Shown here: piece after piece, positions 27,467-36,417 of the stretch | Layout of the letters: every line of letters starts with the position of its first letter | How positions within the stretch are numbered: the stretch's first letter is position 1 | Source of the DNA: Pseudomonadota bacterium | GTDB taxonomy: Bacteria; Pseudomonadota; Gammaproteobacteria; Burkholderiales; Burkholderiaceae_C | Length of the DNA stretch: 64,000 nucleotides | Assembly: GCA_018240325.1 (NCBI GenBank) | Contig: JAFEFZ010000192.1 | Coordinates: 1,611-65,610 of the forward strand | Reading direction: 5' to 3' | Notes under the pieces: model-generated | Database searches by the model: none | What the model was told of the DNA's origin: nothing | The model's input: only the letters and a program-made list of their open reading frames with translations | Made by a program: the position numbers and the translations under genes

Positions 27467-28390
27467 CTACGCGGGGGCGCAGGGCGCGGCGCCATCGGCA
27501 TGCAGCCGGCGGGCGGGAGCCGCGCCCTGGGCCTCGCGCCAAGCCGCATCGACCGCAGCCCAGGCCTCGTCGCGCAGACAGCGCCGGGCCGCAGGCAGCA
27601 CGACCCCCTCCTCGCGCCCCTGGTGCTCCCAGACGAAGGCGGCGTAGGCCTGCATGCCTTCGAGCAGCGCTTCGGCCGCTGCGCTGCGCGCGGCCGGCAC
27701 CGGGGCCTCGAGCCCCTGCGCCGCGCGGCCCAGGGCGCCGAGCAGCTCGGCTTCGCGCCGGTGCTGCCGCGACAGCTCGTCGAGCTCGGCGTCCCACGCA
27801 CGGCTGCGGCGGCGCAGCGCCGGAAACAGCACCCGCTCCTCGAGCTCGTGGTGACGGGCCGCCGCATGCAGCTCGGCGAGGGCGGCGCGCATCGCCGCGG
27901 CCTCCACGGCGATCGGCCGCCGGCGCGCGCCGGCCAGCTGCTGCAGCGCACGGTGCACGGCGTCGGCCTGGCGGCGGTGCTCGGCGTGCAGCGCGGCGCT
28001 GACGCGCATCGCCAGCGCCGACGCGGCGCCGGCTGCCACCAGCGCCGCCTGGCCGCTGCGCGCGCAGCGCTCGGCCAGCGCCGTTGACGCGGTGACGAGC
28101 AGGTCGCAGCGGCGCGTGCGCGCCCGCAGCACCGCAGCCGCCGCATCGGCCGCCGGCGCCCAGGCCTCGACCGGGACGCCGAGCGCATGCGCGGCGGCCA
28201 GCGCCTTGGCCATGCGCTCGCGCCGGCGCGAACGGTCGGTGCCCGGATCGGCGCCCGGTGTGCCGCGCAGTTCGACGAAGCCGACCCGCCCGCCGCCGGC
28301 CGCGGCGATGGCGGTCGCGTGGTGGACGACTTCGGCGTCATCGTCGGTGCCGTCGATCACGGCGAGCAACTGGCGGACGGGAGCAAACAT
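27467..28390 (-). CDS. Degenerate universal-stress domain fused to a hemerythrin-like domain
   Basis: N-terminus LLAVIDGTDDDAEVVHHA is USP-like. C-terminus has EHRRQ..HHELEERVLFPAL..QHRRE..EHQGREEGVVLPAA. Confidence 0.8.
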   Translation of the reverse strand: MFAPVRQLLAVIDGTDDDAEVVHHATAIAAAGGGRVGFVELRGTPGADPGTDRSRRRERMAKALAAAHALGVPVEAWAPAADAAAAVLRARTRRCDLLVTASTALAERCARSGQAALVAAGAASALAMRVSAALHAEHRRQADAVHRALQQLAGARRRPIAVEAAAMRAALAELHAAARHHELEERVLFPALRRRSRAWDAELDELSRQHRREAELLGALGRAAQGLEAPVPAARSAAAEALLEGMQAYAAFVWEHQGREEGVVLPAARRCLRDEAWAAVDAAWREAQGAAPARRLHADGAAPCAPA

Positions 28391-28565
28391 GGGGCAGGGC
28401 GCGGATACGCTGGCGCCTTCTCGTCGGCGCGAAGGGGGGGGCGACGGTCATCGTAGGCGGCGCGGCGCCCCCCGCCCCACCCGCGGCGGGGGGGCGAGGC
28501 TGCGGCCGGGCCGACGGTTACCATCGACAGCCATCGAGCGGGAGCCCGCCGCCGCCTTCGCCACC

Positions 28566-31229
28566 GTGACGACCCAGACCCGACCCCGAGGCGTTGCCGG
28601 CGATGCGTTGCGGCTCGAAATCACGCCGCCCCGGGCGCCGCCGCAGTGGTTGCCGCGGCCGCGGCTCGCGCTGGGGGATCCGCAGCGCGGCGGCGCGGCG
28701 CTGGCGGTGGTGCAGGCGCCGGCCGGCTTCGGCAAGACCTCGCTGCTCGCGCAGTGGCGCATCGAATGCCTGGGGCAGGGCGCGGCCGTCGCCTGGCTTC
28801 AGGCCAAGCCGCACCACGATCCGGCGCGCCTGATGCAGGCGCTGGTGGCGTCGGTGCGCTCCGCGGCCGGGCGGCCGAGCTTCGGCCTGACGCTGCTCGA
28901 AGCCGGGTCGCCGACGGGGTTCGAGGCGGTCACGGTCTGGCTCGCCGAGCTGGCAGACCTCGCCTTCGATGCGGTGCTCATGGTCGACGAAGCCGAGCGG
29001 CTGCCGGCGGATTCGCTGGCCGCGCTCGGCTACCTGCTGCACAACGCACCGCCAAATCTGCGGGTGGCGGTCGCTGCCCGGCCCGAGGTCGACTTCGGAA
29101 TCGACGACCTGGTTGGCTACGGCCAGTGCCGGCTCGTCGGCGCGGCGCTGCTGCGATTCACGCTCGACGAGACGCTGGCGCTGGCGCGCGAGCGGCTCGC
29201 CGAGCGCTTCGACCTCGACGCCGCGGCCCGGCTGCACGAGCTGACCGAGGGCTGGCCGCTGGGCGTGCAGTGGACGCTCGCCGCGGCGGCGGCGAGCGGC
29301 GCGGTCGCCGCGCTGCCGGCCGGCGTCGGCGGCGACCTGCGCCGCCGCTTCGTCGATCTGATGCTGGCCAAACTCGCGCCGGCGGACCTCGACTTCCTGA
29401 CCCGCGCCGCGGTGCTCGACCCGCTGCACCCGGCGCTGTGCGAAGCGGCGATCGGCGGCGCGGATGTCTCCGAGCGCCTCGCCCGGCTGATGCGCGCGAC
29501 GCCGGTCTTCGTCGCCGGCGAGCACGGCGAATGGCTGCACATGCACGCGCTCGTGCGCGACGTGCTGCGCGAACGCTTCGCCGCGCTGCCGGCAACCGAG
29601 CGCGCCGCGCTGCACGGACGCGCCGCGCAGTGGCTCGCCGACCAGGGTTTCGTCGACCAGGCGGCCGAACAGGCGCTGGCCGCCGGGCAGCGCGAGCGTG
29701 CGTTCGACCTCGTCGAGAGCGGCCTGTACGAATCGTTCATGGGCTTCGGCCGGCAGCAGGCGGTGCTCGACTGGTACGGCCGCCTCGACCCGGCCGAGAT
29801 CGGGCGCCGGCCGCGGCTGCTGCTGACGGCGGCCTGGGCGCTGGCGACCTCGGAGCGCCACGACGAGGCGCAGCGACTCGTCGACCGCCTGCTCGCGAAC
29901 GCCGGCGGCGACGCCGCGCTGCGCTGCGAGTGCGCGCTCGTGCTCGGCGGCGCCGCCCTCTTTGCCGACGACCCCGACCGCTTCGCCGCGCTGCACGACC
30001 CCTGGGCGCAGGACCCGCCGCTGGCCGATGCGCTGCGGCTGAAGATCCATGCCAACCGCTCGTCGTTGCGCGCACTGATCGACGGCGACCCGGCGCTCGC
30101 GCGGCTGGCGCAGCAGCGGGTGCCGGCCGTCGGCCAGGGCCCGGATCGCAGCTATCTGGCGCGCTGGGGCGAGCTGATCGTCGGCCTGAGCTACCTGTGG
30201 GAAGGGCAGGTCCAGCTCGCCGAGCGGCTGCTCGCGCCGGCGCTGGCCGAGGCCGAGGCGCAGCTCGGCCGGCGCAGCGCGTTCGCGAGCATGGTCGCGT
30301 CGCTGCTCGCGGCCGCGGTCTGGGAGCAGGACCGCCCGGCCGAGGCGGCGGCGCTGCTGGCCAACCGGCTCGACGTGCTCGAGCGCCAGGGCCTGCCCGA
30401 CACGGTGCTGCTCGGCTTTCGCACGATGGCGCGCATCGCCGTCGGCGAAGGTGCCGAGCATCGCGCGCACGAGCTGCTCGGCGCGCTGCAGGCGGCCGGC
30501 CGGGCGCGCGCGCTGCCGCGGCTCGAGGTCGTCAGCCTGGCCGACCAGGCGCGCATGCACGCGCGCCGGTTCCGCAGCGAAACCTGCGCCGCGCTGTGCG
30601 CGCAGATCGATGCGCGGCTCGCCGAGCCGGGCTTGCCGCAGGGCCCGCTGTGGCGGCGCAGCGTCGAGCTGCCGCGCGACGCTGCGCGCGCCTACGCCGC
30701 CGTCGCGGCGCAGGACTGGCGGCGCGCGGCCGACGCGCTGGCGCTGGCCGAGGCGCGTGCGCGCGAGCTTCGCCAGGGGCGGCTGCTGATCGAGATGCTC
30801 GGCATGCGCGCCTTCGCGCTCGACCAATGCGGCGAGCGCTCGGGCCCGCTGCTGCGCGAGGCGGTCGACCTGGCGCGCACCTACGGGCTGAAGCGCGTCT
30901 TCGCCGACGCGCACCCGGGGCTCGGCGACCTGGCGCGCCGGCTCGCCGAGGAGGGCGACGTCGACGTGCCGCAGCCGCCGCGGCCGGCGCCCGCCGAAGC
31001 GCAGCGGCTGCAGGCGACGCCGAGCACCGCGCTCACGCCGAAGGAGCGCGAGGTGCTGGGCCTGCTCGCGCGCAGCCTGTCGAACAAGGAGATCGCGCTG
31101 GCGCTGCAGGTCGGCGAAGAGACGATCAAGTGGCACATGAAGAACCTGTTCGCCAAGCTCGACGCGGGCAGCCGCAAGCAGGTCGTGTCGCGCGCGCGGA
31201 TCCTCGGGCTGCTCGAGTTCGGCCGCTGA
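28566..31229 (+). CDS. MalT/LuxR-family ATP-dependent transcriptional regulator
   Basis: Walker A APAGFGKTSLL, TEGWPLG, and a C-terminal HTH LTPKEREVLGLL..SNKEIA..TIKWHMKNLFAKL. GTG start inferred. Confidence 0.93.
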   Translation: MTTQTRPRGVAGDALRLEITPPRAPPQWLPRPRLALGDPQRGGAALAVVQAPAGFGKTSLLAQWRIECLGQGAAVAWLQAKPHHDPARLMQALVASVRSAAGRPSFGLTLLEAGSPTGFEAVTVWLAELADLAFDAVLMVDEAERLPADSLAALGYLLHNAPPNLRVAVAARPEVDFGIDDLVGYGQCRLVGAALLRFTLDETLALARERLAERFDLDAAARLHELTEGWPLGVQWTLAAAAASGAVAALPAGVGGDLRRRFVDLMLAKLAPADLDFLTRAAVLDPLHPALCEAAIGGADVSERLARLMRATPVFVAGEHGEWLHMHALVRDVLRERFAALPATERAALHGRAAQWLADQGFVDQAAEQALAAGQRERAFDLVESGLYESFMGFGRQQAVLDWYGRLDPAEIGRRPRLLLTAAWALATSERHDEAQRLVDRLLANAGGDAALRCECALVLGGAALFADDPDRFAALHDPWAQDPPLADALRLKIHANRSSLRALIDGDPALARLAQQRVPAVGQGPDRSYLARWGELIVGLSYLWEGQVQLAERLLAPALAEAEAQLGRRSAFASMVASLLAAAVWEQDRPAEAAALLANRLDVLERQGLPDTVLLGFRTMARIAVGEGAEHRAHELLGALQAAGRARALPRLEVVSLADQARMHARRFRSETCAALCAQIDARLAEPGLPQGPLWRRSVELPRDAARAYAAVAAQDWRRAADALALAEARARELRQGRLLIEMLGMRAFALDQCGERSGPLLREAVDLARTYGLKRVFADAHPGLGDLARRLAEEGDVDVPQPPRPAPAEAQRLQATPSTALTPKEREVLGLLARSLSNKEIALALQVGEETIKWHMKNLFAKLDAGSRKQVVSRARILGLLEFGR

Positions 31230-31340
31230 AGGCGGCCGGCAGCCCCCTCCACGATGGGGGGCGCCGGCGGCCGGGCTGTTCCTAAAGTTCCACTCCAACG
31301 CAGCGCCCGTCGGGCACTGCCTAAGCAAGGAGACTGGAAC

Positions 31341-32243
31341 ATGAGTGCCGTGGCTTCCCCCGCCGTCGTCCGCGCCGGCTCGTTGGCGGATTCGATCAAG
31401 GTCGAGCCGCTGACCTGCGCGATCGGCGCCGAGCTTCAGAACGTGAACCTGGGGGTCGCGTCGCGCGACGCCGGCCTGGTCGCCGAGATCCGCGCGCTGC
31501 TGCTGAAGCACCGCGTGCTGTTCTTCCGCGACCAGGACATCACCCGCGCCGAGCACGTGGCCTTCGCGCGCCACTTCGGCGATCTGGAAGACCACCCGGT
31601 CGCCGGCAGCGACCCCGACAACCCCGGGCTGGTGCGCATCTACAAGAGCCCCGACAGCCCGAACGACCGCTACGAGAACAGCTGGCACACCGACGCCACC
31701 TGGCGCGAGAAGCCGCCCTTCGGCTGCGTGCTGCGCTGCGTCGAATGCCCGCCGGTGGGCGGCGACACGATGTGGGCCAACATGGTGCTCGCCTACGAGC
31801 GCCTGCCCGAGCCCGTCAAGGCCCAGATCGCCGGGCTGCGTGCGCGCCACAGCATCGAAGCGAGCTTCGGCGCCGCGATGCCGGCCGACAAGCGCCTGGC
31901 GCTGAAGGCGCAGTTCCCCGATGCCGAGCATCCGGTGGTGCGCACCCACCCCGAGACCGGCGAGAAGATCCTGTTCGTCAACGCCTTCACGACGCACTTC
32001 AGCAACTTCCACACCGCCGCCAACGTGCGCGTCGGCCAGGACTACACGCACGGCGGCTCCGACCTGCTGCGCTACCTGATCAGCCAGGCCTTCATCCCCG
32101 AGTACCAGGTGCGCTGGCGCTGGCGGCCGAACTCGATGGCGATGTGGGACAACCGCTCGACCCAGCACTACGCGGTCATGGACTACCCGCCGTGCCACCG
32201 CAAGATGGAACGCGCCGGGATCGTCGGCGACGCCACCTTCTGA
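31341..32243 (+). CDS. TauD/TfdA-family Fe(II)/2-oxoglutarate dioxygenase
   Basis: WHTD facial-triad motif, GGDTMW, HPVVRTHPETG, WDNRSTQHYA, RKMERAG. Confidence 0.95.
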   Translation: MSAVASPAVVRAGSLADSIKVEPLTCAIGAELQNVNLGVASRDAGLVAEIRALLLKHRVLFFRDQDITRAEHVAFARHFGDLEDHPVAGSDPDNPGLVRIYKSPDSPNDRYENSWHTDATWREKPPFGCVLRCVECPPVGGDTMWANMVLAYERLPEPVKAQIAGLRARHSIEASFGAAMPADKRLALKAQFPDAEHPVVRTHPETGEKILFVNAFTTHFSNFHTAANVRVGQDYTHGGSDLLRYLISQAFIPEYQVRWRWRPNSMAMWDNRSTQHYAVMDYPPCHRKMERAGIVGDATF

Positions 32244-32259
32244 ATCCCGCCGCCTTCGC

Positions 32260-32295
32260 CCCATCCCTTCGCCCATCCCTTCGCCCATCCCTTCG
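32260..32295. repeat. Intergenic 12-nt tandem repeat, 3 copies
   Basis: CCCATCCCTTCG at 32260, 32272 and 32284. Confidence 0.92.
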
Positions 32296-32322
32296 ATCCC
32301 CTCGCTCCATCAAGGACCCACC

Positions 32323-33387
32323 ATGAACTTCATCGACGGCTCGCTGTGGCCCGAAAACCAGGAACAACTCGTCATCACCTGCGCGCCCTATGGCCCCGAG
32401 TGGGAGCCGGCGGACTTCCCGGAGGACATCCCGGTCACCATCAAGCAGCAGGTGCAGAAGGCGGTCGACTGTTACAACGCCGGCGCCACGGTGCTGCACG
32501 TGCACGTGCGCGAGGACGACGGCAAGGGCAGCAAGCGGCTGTCCAAGTTCAACGAGCTGCTCGGCGAGCTTCGCGTCGCCGTGCCCGACATGATCCTGCA
32601 GGTCGGCGGCTCGATCAGCTTCGCCCCCGAGGGCGAGGGCGAGGCCGCCAAGTGGCTCAGCGACGACACCCGCCACATGCTGGCCGAGCTCGAACCCACG
32701 CCCGACCAGGTGACGATCGCGATCAACACCAACCAGATGAACGTGGTCGAGCAGATGTGCGAGGCCGACATCGCCGGCACCTCGCTGGCCGACCCGGCCA
32801 ACTACCGCGCCTACCGCGAGATGACGATTCCCGCCGGCCCCGAGTGGGTCGAGGAGCACATCAGGCGGCTGAGCGCCAACGGCATCCAGACGCACTTCCA
32901 GCTCGTCAACAACGCGCAGCTCGACACCGTCGAGCGGATGATGCGCCGCGGCGTGGCCAACGTGCCGCTGATCCTGACCTGGGTGGCGATCGGCGGCGGC
33001 TTCGATGCGGCCAACCCGTACACGATGATGAACTTCATCCGCCAGGTGCCCGACGGCGCGGTGCTGACGCTCGAGAGCTCGATGCTCAACGTGCTGCCGC
33101 TGAACATGATGGCGATCGCGATGGGCCTGCACGTGCGCTGCGGCATCGAGGACAACATCTGGCAGCCCGACCGCAAGGCCAAGATGAGCACGGTGCGCCA
33201 GATCGAGCAGCTCGCGCGCATCTCGAAGGACTTCGGCCGCGAAGTCGCCTCGGCCAAGGAAGCGCGCCGCATCTACCGCATCGGCGAGTTCTACGCCAAC
33301 GCCGACGAGACGCTGGCGAAGAACGGCTTCGCGCCCAACCGCAGGCACGGGCAGCGCGGCTTCCTGCAGCACGCGCGGGCGGCGTGA
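32323..33387 (+). CDS. Beta-keto acid cleavage enzyme (BKACE/DUF849)
   Basis: LVITCAPYG, DCYNAGATVLHVHVR (HxH), HVRCGIEDN. Confidence 0.92.
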   Translation: MNFIDGSLWPENQEQLVITCAPYGPEWEPADFPEDIPVTIKQQVQKAVDCYNAGATVLHVHVREDDGKGSKRLSKFNELLGELRVAVPDMILQVGGSISFAPEGEGEAAKWLSDDTRHMLAELEPTPDQVTIAINTNQMNVVEQMCEADIAGTSLADPANYRAYREMTIPAGPEWVEEHIRRLSANGIQTHFQLVNNAQLDTVERMMRRGVANVPLILTWVAIGGGFDAANPYTMMNFIRQVPDGAVLTLESSMLNVLPLNMMAIAMGLHVRCGIEDNIWQPDRKAKMSTVRQIEQLARISKDFGREVASAKEARRIYRIGEFYANADETLAKNGFAPNRRHGQRGFLQHARAA

Positions 33388-33965
33388 TGGCGCCGACGGT
33401 GCTGATCGTCCCCGGGCTGCGCGACGCGGTCGCGCAGCACTGGCAGACGCTGCTCGAGGCCAGGCTGCGGGCCGCCGGCCGGCCGGTGGCGAGCGTGGCG
33501 CCGATGGGGCGCGTCGAGCTGGACTGCGCGCGCAGGGTCGAGGCGATCGAGCGCGCCGCGCAGGCGGTGGCCGGGCCGCTGGTGATCGTCGCGCACAGCG
33601 GCGGCTGCATCATGGCCGCGCACTGGGCGCAACGGACGCGGCGCGCGGTGCAGGGCGCACTGCTCGCCGCGCCGCCGGACTTCGAGCGCCCGATGCCGGC
33701 CGGCTACCCGACGCTCGCGCAGCTCGATGCGGCCGGCTGGTTGCCGGTGCCGCGCCGGCCGCTGCCCTTTCGCAGCATCGTCGCCGCGAGCCGCGACGAT
33801 CCGCTGGCGGCCTACGCGCGCACGGTCGAGCTGGCCGAAGCCTGGGGCAGCGAGCTGGTCGACCTGGGCGCGGTCGGCCACCTGAACCCGGCCTCGGGCT
33901 ACGGCGAATGGCCGCGCGCCGAGGCGCTCATCGAGCGGCTGGCGGGGATGCCCGCAACCGCCTGA
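33387..33965 (+). CDS. RBBP9/YdeN-family alpha/beta hydrolase
   Basis: LIVPGLR...HWQ, nucleophile motif VAHSGG, SRDDP, VGHLNPASGYGEWP. Start overlaps the BKACE stop. Confidence 0.92.
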   Translation: MAPTVLIVPGLRDAVAQHWQTLLEARLRAAGRPVASVAPMGRVELDCARRVEAIERAAQAVAGPLVIVAHSGGCIMAAHWAQRTRRAVQGALLAAPPDFERPMPAGYPTLAQLDAAGWLPVPRRPLPFRSIVAASRDDPLAAYARTVELAEAWGSELVDLGAVGHLNPASGYGEWPRAEALIERLAGMPATA

Positions 33966-34066
33966 GGCAAGCGGCGGCACGCGCATCGCATCCGCAGCAG
34001 CCGCCCGGCGCAACGCCGGCGCAGCGCCGTGCGCGCCGCCGGCCGATCCACCGACACGAGGACCCA

Positions 34067-35065
34067 ATGACCATGGCAATGGCAATCCGCCTGCACGAAA
34101 CCGGCGGCCCCGAGGTGCTGAAGCTCGAAACCGTCGAGGTCGGCGACCCCGGCCCGGGCCAGGCGCGCGTGCGCCACACCTACGTCGCCGTCAACTTCAT
34201 CGACACCTACTTCCGCGCCGGCCGCTACCCGCATCCGCTGCCGATGGGGCTGGGCAGCGACGCGGTCGGCGTCGTCGAGGCGGTCGGCGACGGCGTCACC
34301 GACATCAAGGCCGGCGACCGCGTCGGCTACCTGCTCGGGCCGCAGGGTGCGTATTCGGACGTGCGCGTGATGCCGGCCGAGGTGCTGATCCCGATCCCCG
34401 ACGGCGTCTGCGACCGCAGCGCATCGACGCTGATGATGAAGGGCATGACGGCGCAGTACCTGTTCCGGCAGGTCTACCCGCTCGCGGGCGGCGAGACGAT
34501 CCTGTACCACGCGGCGGCCGGCGGCGTCGGCCTGGTCGCCTGCCAATGGGCGCGCGCGATCGGCGTGACGATGATCGGCACCGTCGGCACCGAGGCCAAG
34601 GCCGAGGTCGCGCGCGCCAACGGCTGCGCGCACGTGATCGTCACCGGCGGCATGACGCCCGACGACATGGCGCGCGAGATCCCCAGGCGGGTCAAGGAAA
34701 TCACCGGCGGCAAGGGCGTTCCGGTCGTCTACGACTCGGTCGGCAAGGACACGCTGATGGCCTCGCTCGACAGCCTGCAGGTGCGCGGCACGCTGGTGTC
34801 CAACGGCACCAGCTCGGGGCCGGTGGTGATCGACTCGACGCTGCTGGCGGTGAAGGGGTCGCTGTGGCTGACGCGGCCGGCGATGGTGCATTACGCGACG
34901 CCGCGCGCGCACATGCTGGCCATGGCCGACGAGCTCTTCGGCCACGTGCTCGCCGGGCGCATCAGCGGCGAGCCCAAGCAGCAGTACCGGCTGAAGGAAG
35001 CGGCCGACGCGCACCGCGCGCTCGAGTCGCGCCGCACCACCGGCGCGACCGTGCTGGTGCCTTGA
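34067..35065 (+). CDS. NADPH:quinone oxidoreductase (zeta-crystallin/MDR family)
   Basis: GGPEVL, VNFIDTYFRAG, HAAAGGVG, VVYDSVGKDT, RRTTGATVL. Confidence 0.92.
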   Translation: MTMAMAIRLHETGGPEVLKLETVEVGDPGPGQARVRHTYVAVNFIDTYFRAGRYPHPLPMGLGSDAVGVVEAVGDGVTDIKAGDRVGYLLGPQGAYSDVRVMPAEVLIPIPDGVCDRSASTLMMKGMTAQYLFRQVYPLAGGETILYHAAAGGVGLVACQWARAIGVTMIGTVGTEAKAEVARANGCAHVIVTGGMTPDDMAREIPRRVKEITGGKGVPVVYDSVGKDTLMASLDSLQVRGTLVSNGTSSGPVVIDSTLLAVKGSLWLTRPAMVHYATPRAHMLAMADELFGHVLAGRISGEPKQQYRLKEAADAHRALESRRTTGATVLVP

Positions 35066-35078
35066 AGGAGAGACGGCG

Positions 35079-36413
35079 ATGGATCTGAATGCCCTCGAGC
35101 GCGGCCCGCGCGACGACGACTACCTGTTCGGGCCGCGTGCGGCCTGGTTCGCCTTCGCCATGACGCTGGCGCTGATGGTCTTCGACTACGTGGACCGGCA
35201 GATCATCGTGTCGCTGTTCCCGTTCATCAAGGCGGAGTGGGGCCTGAGCGATGCGCAGCTCGGCAGCCTGGTGTCGGTGGTGTCGCTGACGGTGGCGCTC
35301 GGCGCGCTGCCGGTGGCGCTGATCGCCGACCGCGCCAGCCGCGTGAAGAGCATCGTCGTGATGGCGACGATCTGGAGCCTGGCGACGATCTCGTGCATGT
35401 GGACGCGCGGCTACGGCTCGCTCGCCGCCGCGCGTGCGGCGGTCGGCCTGGGCGAGGCGGGCTACGGCTCGGTCGGCGCGGCGCTGATCGCGAGCCACTT
35501 CCCGGCGCGCATGCGCGGCGCACTGCTCGCCGGCTTCTTCGCGTCGGCCTCGGTGGGCTCGGTGCTCGGCGTGGTGCTCGGCGGGTACATCGCCAGCCAC
35601 TGGGGCTGGCACGCGGCCTTCGGCGTGGTCGGGTTGCCGGGGCTGGCAGTCGCGCTGCTGTACCTGAAGGTGCGCGACTACCGCACCGTCCAGCTCGAGT
35701 CCGGCCTCGACGCCAAGCGCCGCTCGCTCGGCCAGGCGGCCCGGCACATCGTGCACCTGCTGGTGCGCGCGCGCACCATGCTGTGGGTGTGCATCGGCGG
35801 CGCGGCGCAGCTGATCGTGGTGTCGGCGCTGTGGTCGTGGATGCCGAGCTTCCTGAACCGGGTGCACGGCGTCGCCCCGGCGCAGGCCGGCGCGAAGGCG
35901 GCGCTGGTGGTGCTGGCCGGCGCCGCCGGCAGCGTGATCTGGGGCGCGCTGGTCGACCGTGCCGGCGCGCGCCACCCGCGCCGCAAGCTGGCGGCGATGG
36001 CGCTGCTGTGCGTGGCGTCGATGGCGGTGCTGGCCTACGCCTTCGGCGGTGCGCACGAGCCGGCGGCGCAGTTCGGCTGGATCGTGCTCGGCGGCTTCCT
36101 GGCTACCTGCAGCGTCGGCCCGGTGTCGGCGATCGTGATCGACGTGATCCACCCCGGCGTGCGCGCCACCGGCTCGTCGGTGCTGGCGCTGTTCCAGAAC
36201 CTGTTCGGCCTCGCGGTCGGCCCCTTCCTGGTGGGCCTGCTGTCCGACCGCATCGGCCTGCCGAGCGCGCTGGCGGCCGTGCCGCTGGCGAGCGTGCTCG
36301 CGGCGGCGGCCTTCGTGCTCGCGGCGCGCAGCTACGAGGCCGACCGGGCGCGCGCGGCCGATCCTGCGGAAGTGCCGGCGCCGGCTGCAGCACCCGTGGC
36401 GCGCGGGGCCTGA
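35079..36413 (+). CDS. MFS transporter (spinster-like)
   Basis: FDYVDRQII, motif A LIADRASR, ARAAVGLGEAGY, 12 TM pattern. Confidence 0.93.
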   Translation: MDLNALERGPRDDDYLFGPRAAWFAFAMTLALMVFDYVDRQIIVSLFPFIKAEWGLSDAQLGSLVSVVSLTVALGALPVALIADRASRVKSIVVMATIWSLATISCMWTRGYGSLAAARAAVGLGEAGYGSVGAALIASHFPARMRGALLAGFFASASVGSVLGVVLGGYIASHWGWHAAFGVVGLPGLAVALLYLKVRDYRTVQLESGLDAKRRSLGQAARHIVHLLVRARTMLWVCIGGAAQLIVVSALWSWMPSFLNRVHGVAPAQAGAKAALVVLAGAAGSVIWGALVDRAGARHPRRKLAAMALLCVASMAVLAYAFGGAHEPAAQFGWIVLGGFLATCSVGPVSAIVIDVIHPGVRATGSSVLALFQNLFGLAVGPFLVGLLSDRIGLPSALAAVPLASVLAAAAFVLAARSYEADRARAADPAEVPAPAAAPVARGA

Positions 36414-36417
36414 GCGC

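Noticed and set aside
28518-32288. 1256-aa minus-strand ORF
   Set aside because: It is antisense to the MalT-type regulator and the dioxygenase, with no recognisable domain.
36407-36417. Shared TGAGCGC between the IS4 target site and the R-M repeat boundaries
   Set aside because: TGA followed by GCGC is very common in this GC-rich genome, so coincidence cannot be excluded.
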